From NCBI GenBank assembly GCA_002269645.1, contig NIVC01001921.1, positions 124,001-188,000 of the forward strand: 64,000 nt of DNA, read 5' to 3'. The translations under genes and the position numbers were made by a program. The notes under the pieces are model-generated. The model was not told where the DNA came from. It did not search any database and saw only the letters and a list, made by a program, of their open reading frames with translations. Of the stretch, positions 37,291 to 48,279 are shown piece after piece; within the stretch, counting starts at the first letter, position 1; every line of letters begins with the position of its first letter. The DNA is from Macrostomum lignano (Eukaryota).

Positions 37291-40200
37291 GCAGCCGGCC
37301 TCTTTGACTTCTTTGCTGCCGATGTCAAAGGTGCTTTTCTTCTCTGTCATCGGCACGGGGGAGAAGCCCTAGAAGCGGCAGCTGCGGCAGTTGCTGATTG
37401 GCCCGCAACCGACACTGAGTCGCTGTCAGCAGACGGTGGATTCTGTATTGCTTTCAGCATGCGGTCCCAGGTCGCATTAAACAGTTTTTTAACAGGCTTC
37501 ATTTAACAGTCCACTTAAATTGCTGAGGAATCTAATTTTCATTTCAAAATATTGATTACTTTTCATTTCAGGAGTCTTCTGTGCCAATTATTTAGCAAAT
37601 TTAGCAACTTTACCTGATAATATTGGCGCTGCACACCTTCGATGTGGTTTTGGTGGGCTGCACCATGAGCCGCTGAGACTGCGGCGAATATCGTTCTTGA
37701 TATTGATAGAAAAGTATATCAAAGGAGCCGTAGCGAAACACGAGCGCCAGGTCGTCGTCCTTCGGGCGCTTGGCGAATCTCTGGGCCAGCATCTCAGCAG
37801 ATGCTGGCCCAAGCCGACCAGCGCTTCGAACTGGATTTGTGATTTTACGCCTTCAGCGGCTCATTGGGTGCTTTGAGTCAGCGCCGGGCGTCGGAGATGA
37901 GGCAGGACGAGGCCACGCCTTTCCGGTTGGCATTGCCGTCTCCAAAACAAATAACCATGCCAACGGCACCGTCCTGTGCAGATGCGAATTAGAGATGGTT
38001 ATTTTTCTGAGCTTTCTCAGAATTCTGAAATTTCAGAGACGAAGAAGATTCAGGAGTTTCTTCGTTCGACATCAGCTTCGCCGAGATGGACAAAGTCCTC
38101 GCTGACATCGAGAAACAAGCGGAGGAGATCAACAAGGATAAGATGGACGATCCGATGAATACAGAATCGGAGCAGTTTCAAAATCAAATTCTAGGCCCTA
38201 GAAAGCCTAAATAGAGCAATGTCGAAGGAAAGCTTTTGAAACTGAGCACCAGCCACAGCTGTGACTCAAAGGTAATCAAGCGGCTCAAGAAAGAAGTGCG
38301 CGAGGACGAGCAGAATGTGCAAAATCTGCGTCGCGATCTTAGTAGCGAAAGGTCTAAAGAGAGAGACCGCGAACCGTTTATATAACCAGAGGTATATGGT
38401 TAAGCCATGGCTTAAAGGGAGGCTTTGATGCCAAGGCTTAAAAAAGGGGCCGTGCTGATAAGGGTAACAATTGATCAGAAAGGGTCAAAACCTACATGCG
38501 GTTTATCCACAAACATTTATTCACGTCTGTTGCTTTCTTGCTATCTAGTTTTTCTGAACTAAATCCATTTTACAAATGAATACAACCTGCACAACTAATC
38601 AAGGACCACTAGGAGCACTTTGTTCCTTGTCTAGTCTAGTAGTCCTTGCAACTAATGCGCCTGATAATGCACTACTTTTCACACCTCGTACAAGAGCTAC
38701 TTGTTAGATGCTTTGAATCTGATAAACTTGCAATCTGATAAGATTGGTTTAAAGATTTTTCGTGTTTATGAGCGTGTTTCATGCTCCAATAAGTCTCAAG
38801 CTTGTGGGTGCGAATATTGATTTCGTGTCGTGTAAAACGAAGGGAAGTGACAGGCTATTTTTATATGCTATGCAATACAGTCGAGTATATTTGCAGTTGC
38901 TTTAAAAACAAATTAACGCACGCACAGCAGGGATTTTGAGTGACTAAAACAAAAAATCATAATATTGCTTTTAGTTTAGTAACAAGACCAAATACAGGCA
39001 GCGTAAAGAACCGAGTCCTTAAAGGGTGATGAGAACTGACCAGATAAGATTCCGGGAGAAGATTCAGAGGCCGAGAGAGCGGAGGGGAAGATCAGATCGC
39101 ATATTGATAGGAGATTTTCAAGTTTACATGTTCCATGAATGTTTGTTATTGTGTTCACAAGAAGTAATCAAGTCAAGCATATTTACTTGAAGTAATTGCA
39201 CTTCAGTTAGATATAGAAACTCGAACAATGTCTTCAACAGTGATCGCCTTTGGCTGAGTTCCAAATCGACTCAGTAGTTTAGCGGAAGCCGCCAGTGTTG
39301 CCAGAGTTGGTCTCGACGGAGGCTGAGGATGGGGCTGAGGCTGATGGTGCACCCCTGCGCCCTCTCTGGCATTACTAGCCGGTTTTTCCGAGATGAAGCT
39401 GACTTCGGTTACGCGGCTATCATTGTGATCAAAGTTCTGCTGGTTGCTCTCATAGTCCACGTCGTCATCGATGGCGGCGCTCTCCAAGTCTGTGTTCGGC
39501 TTGGCCATGCTTGGTTGTGGCTTGGTGCTGGTGGACTTGGTTGTTCTGGTTCAAATTCCGATAAAATGCTGGATAAGTTACCCCGCTCGATATCAGACTA
39601 GCCTATAGAGGTCGGTCGATTCTTTCCTTCAAGGCCAATCGATATTAACAGGGGTGGGTGAACTAAAACGTGTACATTCTTGCAATGTACATCAAACGCA
39701 CTAACCTTGGCTGTGAAAAGCGGCCTGTCCAACCGCCAAATTAGTTCAGTAGCTTGCTTAACCCGACTGACACGACGCCACCCCCCTACCCCACCGAGAA
39801 CGTACATGCAGAACTTGGTGTACATAGTCTGCGGTAAGGATTAATTTCCCTCAGAGCTATAAATAGAATCATTCACTTCAGTTGAACAACCCTTGGCCTT
39901 GGCCTTGAGCCTTTGAGTACCTGATTGCAGCGCATGGGCATTTTGGCGGACGGCGTCCGGCGCGGATCTAATACGGCGCGGCGCGGCGCGTACGGCGCGC
40001 GGCGATTAGTACGGCGCGGCGCGGTACTAATTAGATGCCGAGGCATTTAGGCTTGATAAGACAGTCATAGTTACTCCTGCCGTTTACCCAAAACTGCGTT
40101 AATTTTGCTTTAGAGTTTCTTTCATAGGTAAGTCATTTCACAGCGTGGCGCAGGTTGTGTAGGCGTCTGGCGTACTTAAGCCATGCGCTGCAATAGGGTT

Positions 40201-41253
40201 TGAGTAAAGACCACTAGCAATCAGTGGTCTAGCAACCACTAGCACTAGCCCCAGTAATATTACATTAGATTCAGCAACATTGAAAACCACCGCCCTAGAC
40301 CCAGTGCACCTGAGTGAGAGTTGAAAACCTTCTGTCATATGCAGTTTAGTGAGCTGAAGTCGATCGCTCTGCCAATGCTCTAGGGTGTTGGTTTTCAATG
40401 TTGCTGAGTACGCTCGCATGTATGCCAAAATCTTTTAAAAGATTTGAATAATAAATTTACTACTGCTTGTTTATTTTTTGAGAAAACAAGGAACTATTAT
40501 TCTCTTCAAAAACCATAAAGACAAGATAAAGGAAAATCGCAGAGGAGCAACCAAAAAACGCGCACCCAAAATGGCTTGAATTCACTTTCAATCGCAGCAT
40601 TATTACGATTTGTACTTCGAGTAAAAAAGTAAAAATGCAAATTACACAAAGCTGCAGTTTGACATGTCACGCTTGCTACTTGTTGTGAGTAGTGCAATAT
40701 GGAAGGACAATTGAAGCGCTAGCTTATTACAGATACACAGAAAAATTTTACGGAGCACAATACTAAACAGACTACTAAAAGTATCAGTATATTCTGCGTG
40801 CATAATTTGATTTTTAAAGCAGATTTTAATTCAATTAAAAATACCAGTCACGGGTCTCAAATTCGATTAAACTCCTTCATTGAATTGATATAGGGATGGC
40901 GATTTTTCGAAAATAATTATTATAGCTCCTATCGAGGACCGACAATTGCCTAGGGGATCGAACCAGGCATGCCAAAGTCGAGAAGCTCACTGTCTCATAG
41001 AAGTTTTTGCATGATTAAAAATGCTAATTTCTGCTCCAGCAGAAAGAGTTAAAATGAGTTGGTTGACTTTGCGGCAAAATAATTTTTTTCTCAAGCCGAT
41101 AGCATTTCTTCTTGCAGAAAATTTTTCAGAGAGAAAAAGCTTGAATTTGCTTTCAACACCGTGAGTATAACATCTTTTATTGTTTCTCCTGTCGGCTGCC
41201 CTTGCCCTGCCTCCCTCGCTACTGTCCATGACTGAATCGGTGGACCTACTCTG

Positions 41254-41565
41254 GCCTCATTTGCCCAGCGTATAGATTGCAGTTGTCTATGGCCCAATCG
41301 ATGGTGACCTCCTCTAGCCTCATTTGCCTGCAGTGTATACATTGCAGTTGTCTATGGCCCAATCGATGGTGACCTTCTCTAGCCTCATTTGCCCAGTGTA
41401 TACATTGCAGTTGTCAATGGCCCAATCGATGGTGACCTCCTCTAGCCTCATTTGCCCAGTGTATACATTGCAGTTGTCTATGGCCTAATCGATGGTGACC
41501 TCCTCTAGCCTCATTTGCCCATTGTATACATTGCAGTTGTCTATGGCTCAATCGATGGTGACCTT
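41254..41565. repeat. 63-bp tandem repeat, about 5 copies, just downstream of the TTLL10-like stop
   Basis: GCCTCATT anchors at 41254, 41317, 41382, 41445 and 41508. Confidence 0.93.
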
Positions 41566-41628
41566 CCCCGTCCTTGGCTTTGCCCCGGCTTGACAGTTCA
41601 AGAATGATCTAGCACAGAAAGTGAATAA

Positions 41629-44576
41629 TCAAAATTTGCCAATAGATTTGACAACAGCTGCCTGACTGGCACTGCTTGGCTTGGTCTGTGACAGTGACAG
41701 ACTACTTTTTGCTTTCTGCAGCCTGACCGCTACCGCGCCACGCTGCTGGCGCTGTGGCAAGGTCTGTTGCGTCTGTTGCTTCTGCAGCTGTTGGGGTTGA
41801 CTGTTCGACGAGCTAGCAGTTGATGGCCGACTCAGATGCAGATTCTCCGAGGATTTCGCGCTGGAGATTCCTGAATTTGCGTGCAGATTCAGTGCCGGCA
41901 TGCTCCTAGTCCGGCTGCTCAGCTGCCCAGCCTTCTGCTGCCGCTCGACCAGGGTCGGCCTCGGTTGTCTGGGACGCGAGCTGCTGTCGTAGATCAGCTG
42001 GAACTCCTTTTGCTGTCCGGACAGTGGCAGAACTGGCTGACGGCGGAACACGCGGTCGAAAGCCTCGGTGGCGATGGCCAGGGCTTCGTGGACAACGCCA
42101 GGTATGATGGCTTCCTGGGTGGAGTTGTACAGGCCCAAGGCCGGAGTGGAGTTCAACTCCAGGAGCCACACCTGGATGGAGAGAAGCGATTGGAAGGCTT
42201 TTCAATGCTGGGTGGGCCGCATTTGTACAGTTGATGAGAATCTGCTACCTTCTATTCTTATATTCGTGCCCGTTTTGCTGACCCTTGGGCACACATGCGA
42301 GCAGATGGACACGTACGCGGGTACACGCTAACATCATGTGTATGGTACAGTAGGCCCTGACTTTTCCATTACCTTCAGGCTACCGGACATTCCCCTTGTC
42401 ATTTCCCCTCCGGCATGCGTTTCCCCTTTCCCCTTTCCCTTTCCCCTTCGGCGGCGCTTCCTCTTGGGACATTTCCCCTCCGGGATTTTTCCTCCGCCGT
42501 TTCCCCTCCGGCGTTTCCCTTCGAAATGAAAATTGACATGAAAGTGGAAGTGGCCGGGCACCTCCAGCCAGGCGTGCTGGTAGGCAGCTGCCAACCGCCG
42601 GAACCGCTGGTCGCACGCCTTCCATATCCTGCGCTGGGCGGTTGGCTCTGCACCAGTTTTCGGACCGTTGATCGGCATGGTGATCAAACTAGAAGCGCCG
42701 GAGAGAAAACAGTGGAAGGGAATGTTGGAGGGGAAACGGCGGAAGGGAAACGGCGGAGGGGAATTGCCGGAGGGGAAGTGCCGGAGTGGCAATCTACTAC
42801 TGTCCGGAGTGGAAGTGCCGGAGTGGCAATCTACTACTGTCCGGAGTGGAAGTGCCGGAGTGGCAATCTACTACTGTCCGGAGTGGAAGTGCCGGAGTGG
42901 CAATCTACTACTGTCCGGAGGGGAAGTGCCGGAGGGAATCTGTCCTCAAGGGGAAACACCGGAGGGGAAATGACGGAATGACGGAGGGGACGTGAATGAC
43001 TCGACAAGCGCGAGGCTAATTTGCGTGCCGGGACTCCAAAACTATTGTGAATCCGGGTACTCTGACGCAAGAGTCATACACGGTACGGTGCGATAACAAG
43101 CAATCCAGGGATTAAAGAAGACAAGATCTGAGCAAGAAGTATGCAGCAGGTGGATGCACCTTGCCGGATTCCTCCACCAGAAAATCGCAGCCGAACAGCT
43201 CAAAGCAGCCGCAGGCGGTGGCCAGCTTTGGTCGAGTCGCCGCGACAAGGTGCGCCAGCGCCTGACGGATGCTGACCTGCATCCCGGAGATGGCGAAGTC
43301 CTTGTCCAGTCCTAACTGTTCGCAGTGCTCGTTGATGTGGCAATTCAGCCTGTCGATTGACCAGATTGTCTCCTCCCGGGCCGCATCGTAGGTGGAGTCC
43401 TTCTGCTGCACGGCTTGATTGGTCAGGTGCAAGCAGAGATCGTCGCTTTTCAGGTCGAAGTCGCGGCAGGTGAGTCGGGCGTAGCCGGGGTGGTAGAAGG
43501 CCAGGCAGTTGAGGTTTAGCGTGGCCAGCACCAGCAGGTAGACGCGCAGGTCGAATTTCTTACCGGCCAGCAGCAGCGGCCGCTCGATGTACTTTTGAAT
43601 GACCCAGTCGCGTCGCGGCTCGCCGTTCGTGCGCTCGTCGTTGAACAGATTACGGAAGTCAAGCTCGGCGCGCACCAGCTTGATGCCTTCGCCTCGGTTC
43701 AGCGTTGCGGGCTTGCAGATCCACAGGCTGCCGGACTCCGAGCTCATCCGGCGAAGGAACTGCAGCCTCTGCATCGCGGTGCGCAACACAAAGGTCGCCG
43801 GCAGGACGGCGTCGGCCGTTAGGCGGGGATGATCGCGGCAGCGGCACTGCGGCGCAGCGTCCTGAGCTCTGAGAGTCTCCGGTAGGAGCAGCTTGTTGGT
43901 CAGGCAGCGGGTGCCGGGCAGGCGGCTGATGATGTGCTGCCCGGGCCGCATCTTGCGGATGAACAGGTCGGCCTGGCAGCCGTTGCACCAGATCAGAGTG
44001 AGCGGCGGCGCCGCCTTCGGCTGCTGCGTCTGCGGCGACGAGAGAATGGCCGAGTCGGCCGCCTCTGGCCAGTTTAAGCGCCGCATCACCTCGCGGATTC
44101 TGCAGAGAGTCGCATGATTGAACCGCTCTTAAGCTTTGCACTGTCTGGAGAAACCAAACGCAGAGGTCAACTTCTTTTTTAGAAAATTTCTGGAGACAAT
44201 TCGAATATTTCGGGACTGGGTGCAATCAAACTAGTTAAGCACGGGTTTGACCAAGGACTACTAAGTAGGAATGGCACAGCTCGACTCATTGGTTTTATTA
44301 ATCTATTTTATCATTCTTAGCTGATGACTGTAACAAAATGTGTTTTAGAGTGACGTCATTCAGAGTGACGTCAAATTTCACGACAGCGCATCAAAGGCAA
44401 TGGGTCACTTTCCTGACTCGTGCTCACATTTTTGCTCCGTACTGCGTGGCCAGGTAGCAGGAACAGGTGCGGCGTCCGCTGGCACCGCGACTGCTCCGAG
44501 GCGTCTTCCCGGCCATCGGCCGGTTTCTACCGGTGGACAGCCGGGTCAGCGGCTCTGCGGCGCCCTCGTCCTCCAT
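41629..44576 (-). CDS. TTLL10: tubulin-tyrosine-ligase-like protein, TTLL10-like glycylase, about 543 aa; exons 44576-44428, 44099-43160, 42171-41629
   Basis: Phase-compatible GT-AG splicing. Motifs WICKP...NRGEGI, VIQKYIERPLLL.GKKFDLRVY, HLTNQAVQ, FELFGCDFL, KVWLLELNSTPAL, IPGVVHEAL; the HLTNQ and IPGVV.E.L contexts point to TTLL10. Further 5' exons are possible. Confidence 0.85.
42388..42980. mobile_element. foldback/MITE-like element in TTLL10-like intron 2
   Basis: Perfect 16-bp inverted repeat GTCATTTCCCCTCCGG (42398-42413) / CCGGAGGGGAAATGAC (42959-42974). Many inward-facing TTTCCCCTCCGG / CCGGAGGGGAA copies and an internal 37-bp tandem repeat. TSD not identified. Confidence 0.7.
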
Positions 44577-45880
44577 GGCGTGAAGAGGCAGAATCTCTTC
44601 ACTGCTCACTTAACTCAATTGGCCCTCTCTGAGTTCTGTCCAAGGCCTGTTACTTGTTGTAAACTTTAAGTATGGAGTGGGTTCCCACCCTCCTATCTAT
44701 TCTTTCTCCTGTTAGTCAGTTCCCTTCTCATTTTGGTGGGGATTACTTAGCGAGGCGGAGTGACTGTGCGGGGGGCGGCTTTCGGATTGGCCTGCGAAAG
44801 AAGACAGAGCCAGGGAGAGATCGGAAGGGGGAGTTTCAGTGGGGGGGGGGCAGAGAAAATGACAGAGACGCACAGGCTTTGGCTCTCACAAGCGCTGCCC
44901 AGACATGCAGATATTTGAGATCGAAGCCAACCGGCTGCTCAAAATGGAAGGGCAGACATTTCACAGGGCAGTTTTTTACTGTCGCCATTCCCTAAGCAAG
45001 CGATCCGGCAGAGCCAGAGCACCAGAAACCAGACAAACTTGCTCAGAAGAATGAGCTGAGCCAGCTCAGGCGTTGCCGGGCAGGCGGTAGGATAATTATC
45101 CCAATGCCAGCTGTCTCAAGAATCTGCAGAATTCAGAGCGATTCGTTGTAAACCCTCGAGGGGGGGTTCGCTAAGATCTTTGAATTTTTTGTCAACTCTT
45201 AGTTTACCAAGATAACGCTAGCGAATCTTCACTTGCTACTGGTAGTAGTGTAGCTAGGACGCAGCTTTTGACAAGCAGATTTTATTCCTTAAAATTTTTT
45301 TTATAACTACGTGCTTAGCTCGTAAAGTCCCGAAGGGTCCCATCGGACTGACTTCAAAGCACTGAAATTGGATTATGAAGTACGCAGATTTTTTATAGTC
45401 TACAATATCTCTTTAAGGCCTGTAATATCTCTTTTAGGTCTCAAATGCTACATCCCCTCTTGGAATGAAAATAGGTGAATTAATAGTTATGCTATGAATT
45501 AGTGACCCCAACCTTACTTCCAGATACATTTTTACACTCTGTAGTTGCATTGAAAAGTGCACAATGGAAATATTGTAACCATGCTGGACTCAGATGAGGC
45601 AATCCTCACTGATATAACCCGTTGCTGCCGTCAACCTGGCGTGCTTTTCCTGCTCACCTCGACTGAGGGTTCACTCATCAGAATTCCGACAAGCTTTTGA
45701 AAGGCGCGCGGGCTAAGGTAATTCCGGATTATAGAATGGGAGTGGAAGGCTTGGGATAAAATCACGGGAGAACTGCTTAGGTGTTAGAAAACAGCTTATA
45801 GAGAGAGGAGAGCATGCAGAGAGAAGACGGAGAAACGAAGATTGGAATCGTAAAAGATTCAATAAAATCAGTTAAAATTT

Positions 45881-46097
45881 GTTGCCATGGTAACCAGCTG
45901 GGGGATTTCGAAGAAAATACACTATTATTTGTTCCGTCAATTGATCCTTAAGCAACTCGACGACTGTCTTAGTCTCTGAATTGAGTTCCATAGACTCACC
46001 CGGGCCATGATGAACATGGGAACTGCTACCTGTTTCCTTTCCCTTCTCTCTCTCCCTCTTTCCAGCTTTTTTCTGCATAGCAACAGGCATAGCAACA
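45881..46097. promoter_or_regulatory. RFX X-box (GTTGCCATGGTAAC, 45881-45894) plus two CATAGCAAC half-sites
   Basis: Near-perfect RFX palindrome between the divergently oriented TTLL10-like gene and an unknown + strand gene. Confidence 0.55.
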
Positions 46098-46334
46098 GGC
46101 CTGTCGTCTCCAAGCGCCCTGCCAGCTCAAAAGTAACTGAAAACTGTTGGTGGCTGCACAGCTAGACTCAGCCTGAGTACTCTGGGCTATTATTTTCTTT
46201 CCAGCCTCCGCCCCCTCCATCTCTCTCTCTCTCTCTCTTTGTCGCTGAGTCTACTAAAAAGTTCCTTCGGGTTTTGGAATCTGTATTTTTTTGTCTGGTC
46301 ACTAAAGATCTTCTCGCCGACTTGGTGCAGTGCG

Positions 46335-46338
<4 letters not shown>

Positions 46339-46406
<68 letters not shown>
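46339..46406. repeat. (GA)n microsatellite
   Basis: Visible dinucleotide run. Confidence 0.96.
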
Positions 46407-46410
<4 letters not shown>

Positions 46411-46894
46411 ACCTATTTTTAATCTCATACAATCGCTTGCCCTCCCCATACAAGCTTTTCTCTTCTTGCGTTACTTTGCTGCTGGGGCCCGGGGCTGCCT
46501 GTCTTTGCCCAGAGAGGACAGAGGAGAGAGAGAGGGTGATGAGGGAGAGAGGCTGCTGGGGAGCCAATAGAAGAAGAGGTTTCCTAGCCGAGGGTTGGAC
46601 ACTGGTAGTGAAAGACTGAGAGATGAGAGATGAGGGAGGCGGCTGGGCGCCAGAAAGCAGTTGACATAATCTTTCAAACATAAATAGCTCAATTTTTCTG
46701 TCTGGACTCGCTGCTTGTAAGATTAGCGAGCGCACCTCGCATAAAAAAGCTCATTTTTAGCGAAGCCTTGAGCCGCAGTGGAAATATTCGGTGAAATGTT
46801 TGTCCAAACCCACGCGCCCGAATGCAATCACAACAGGAACAGAACTGGCATCTTCCTGGCTGCTCAGGTGAGCTGTGGTTCCGCACACGGGAGA

Positions 46895-47510
46895 GACTGA
46901 GAGTGAATGGATGAGAGTGAATGGGAGAGAGTGAATTGGAGAGAGTGAATAGGAGAGAGTGAATAACTAAAAAATAAATGACTGAGAGTGAATTGGAGAA
47001 AGTGAATAGGAGAGAGTGAATAGGAGAGAGTGAATTGGAGAGAGTGAATAGGAGAGAGTGAATGGCTGAGAGTGAATGGCTGAGAGTGAATGGCTGAGAG
47101 TGAATGGCTGAGAGTGAATGGCTGAGAGTGAATGGCTGAGAGTGAATGGCTGAGAGTGAATGGCTGAGAGTGAATGGCTGAGAGTGAATGGCTGAGAGTG
47201 AATGGCTGAGAGTGAATGGCTGAGAGTGAATGGCTGAGAGTGAATGGCTGAGAGTGAATGGCTGAGAGCGAATGGCTGAGAGTGAATGGCTGAGAGCGAA
47301 TGGCTGAGAGTGAATGGCTGAGAGTGAATGGCTGAGAGTGAATGGCTCGGAGTGAATAGGAGAGAGTGAATGGCTGTGAGTGAATAGGAGGGAGTGAATG
47401 GCTGAGAGTGAATGGCTGAGAGTGAATGGCTGAGAGTGAATGGCTGAGAGTGAATGGCTGAGAGTGAATGGCTGAGAGTGAATGGTTGAGAGTGACTGAG
47501 AGAGAGTGAA
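46895..47510. repeat. 14-16-bp minisatellite (GAGAGTGAATGGCT / GAGAGAGTGAATAGGA)
   Basis: Visible tandem array starting about 25 bp after a GTGAG donor-like site at 46868. Confidence 0.95.
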
Positions 47511-47579
47511 TATAAGGGTGTCGTAAGAATGTGAATGAATGTAGATGTAAGAGTGGATGTAAGAATGAAGGATTGTGAA

Positions 47580-47740
47580 GGATGGCCAGGGGAGTGAAGG
47601 ATGGCCAGGGGAGTGAAGGATGGCCAGGGGAGTGAAGGATGGCCAGGGGAGTGAAGGATGGCCAGGGGAGTGAAGGATGGCCAGGGGAGTGAAGGATGGC
47701 CAGGGGAGTGAAGGGTGGCCAGGGGAGTGAAGGGTGGCAA
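47580..47740. repeat. 19-bp minisatellite (GGATGGCCAGGGGAGTGAA)
   Basis: Visible tandem array. Confidence 0.94.
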
Positions 47741-48279
47741 GTGAGGGTACTAGGCTATGTAATAAATAGGTACAAATGCGCACGCCATGTCAGCGGAAGC
47801 AGAGACGGGCCAGAGACTCGGGCAGGCGGTTAAGCGGAAGGAGACACGTGTGGGGAGAAATCATAAAATCTGTCAAAGTTACGCTCATCAATCTGTGCTG
47901 TCATGCTGAAATGCAGCAGAATCTGGTTGCCAGTGGCAACCGAAGCAGAAAATTCCTAGCTCTTGTTGACTTTGAGAAGCCACTACGCCTCTCTGAATTA
48001 TTGTCTGAATAATTGCTAAGCGTATTTCTATCTACATTCTCTATTAGGGGTTGAGCTATTTTGAGCATTGATGAGGCCGCCTCACGGCTGCTGAGGGGTT
48101 TTGTCAAGCTGACGGGTCCGTGGAAGAGGGACGAAAGTGAGCAGAGGCGGCAAAAACAAGTGACAGACAGAATGAAGACAATTAAACTTGGGAGAGATGT
48201 GCGTTGCTGGGCCATTGTACTAGTATTTAGGATGGTTACGAGAAGGTCAGCCAGATTGACTGGTAGATTAGTAGGGACA

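Noticed and set aside
41254-41565. CRISPR-like array (also considered for 7031-8140 and 13122-13402)
   Set aside because: The repeats are contiguous with no unique spacers, there are no cas genes, and the context is eukaryotic.
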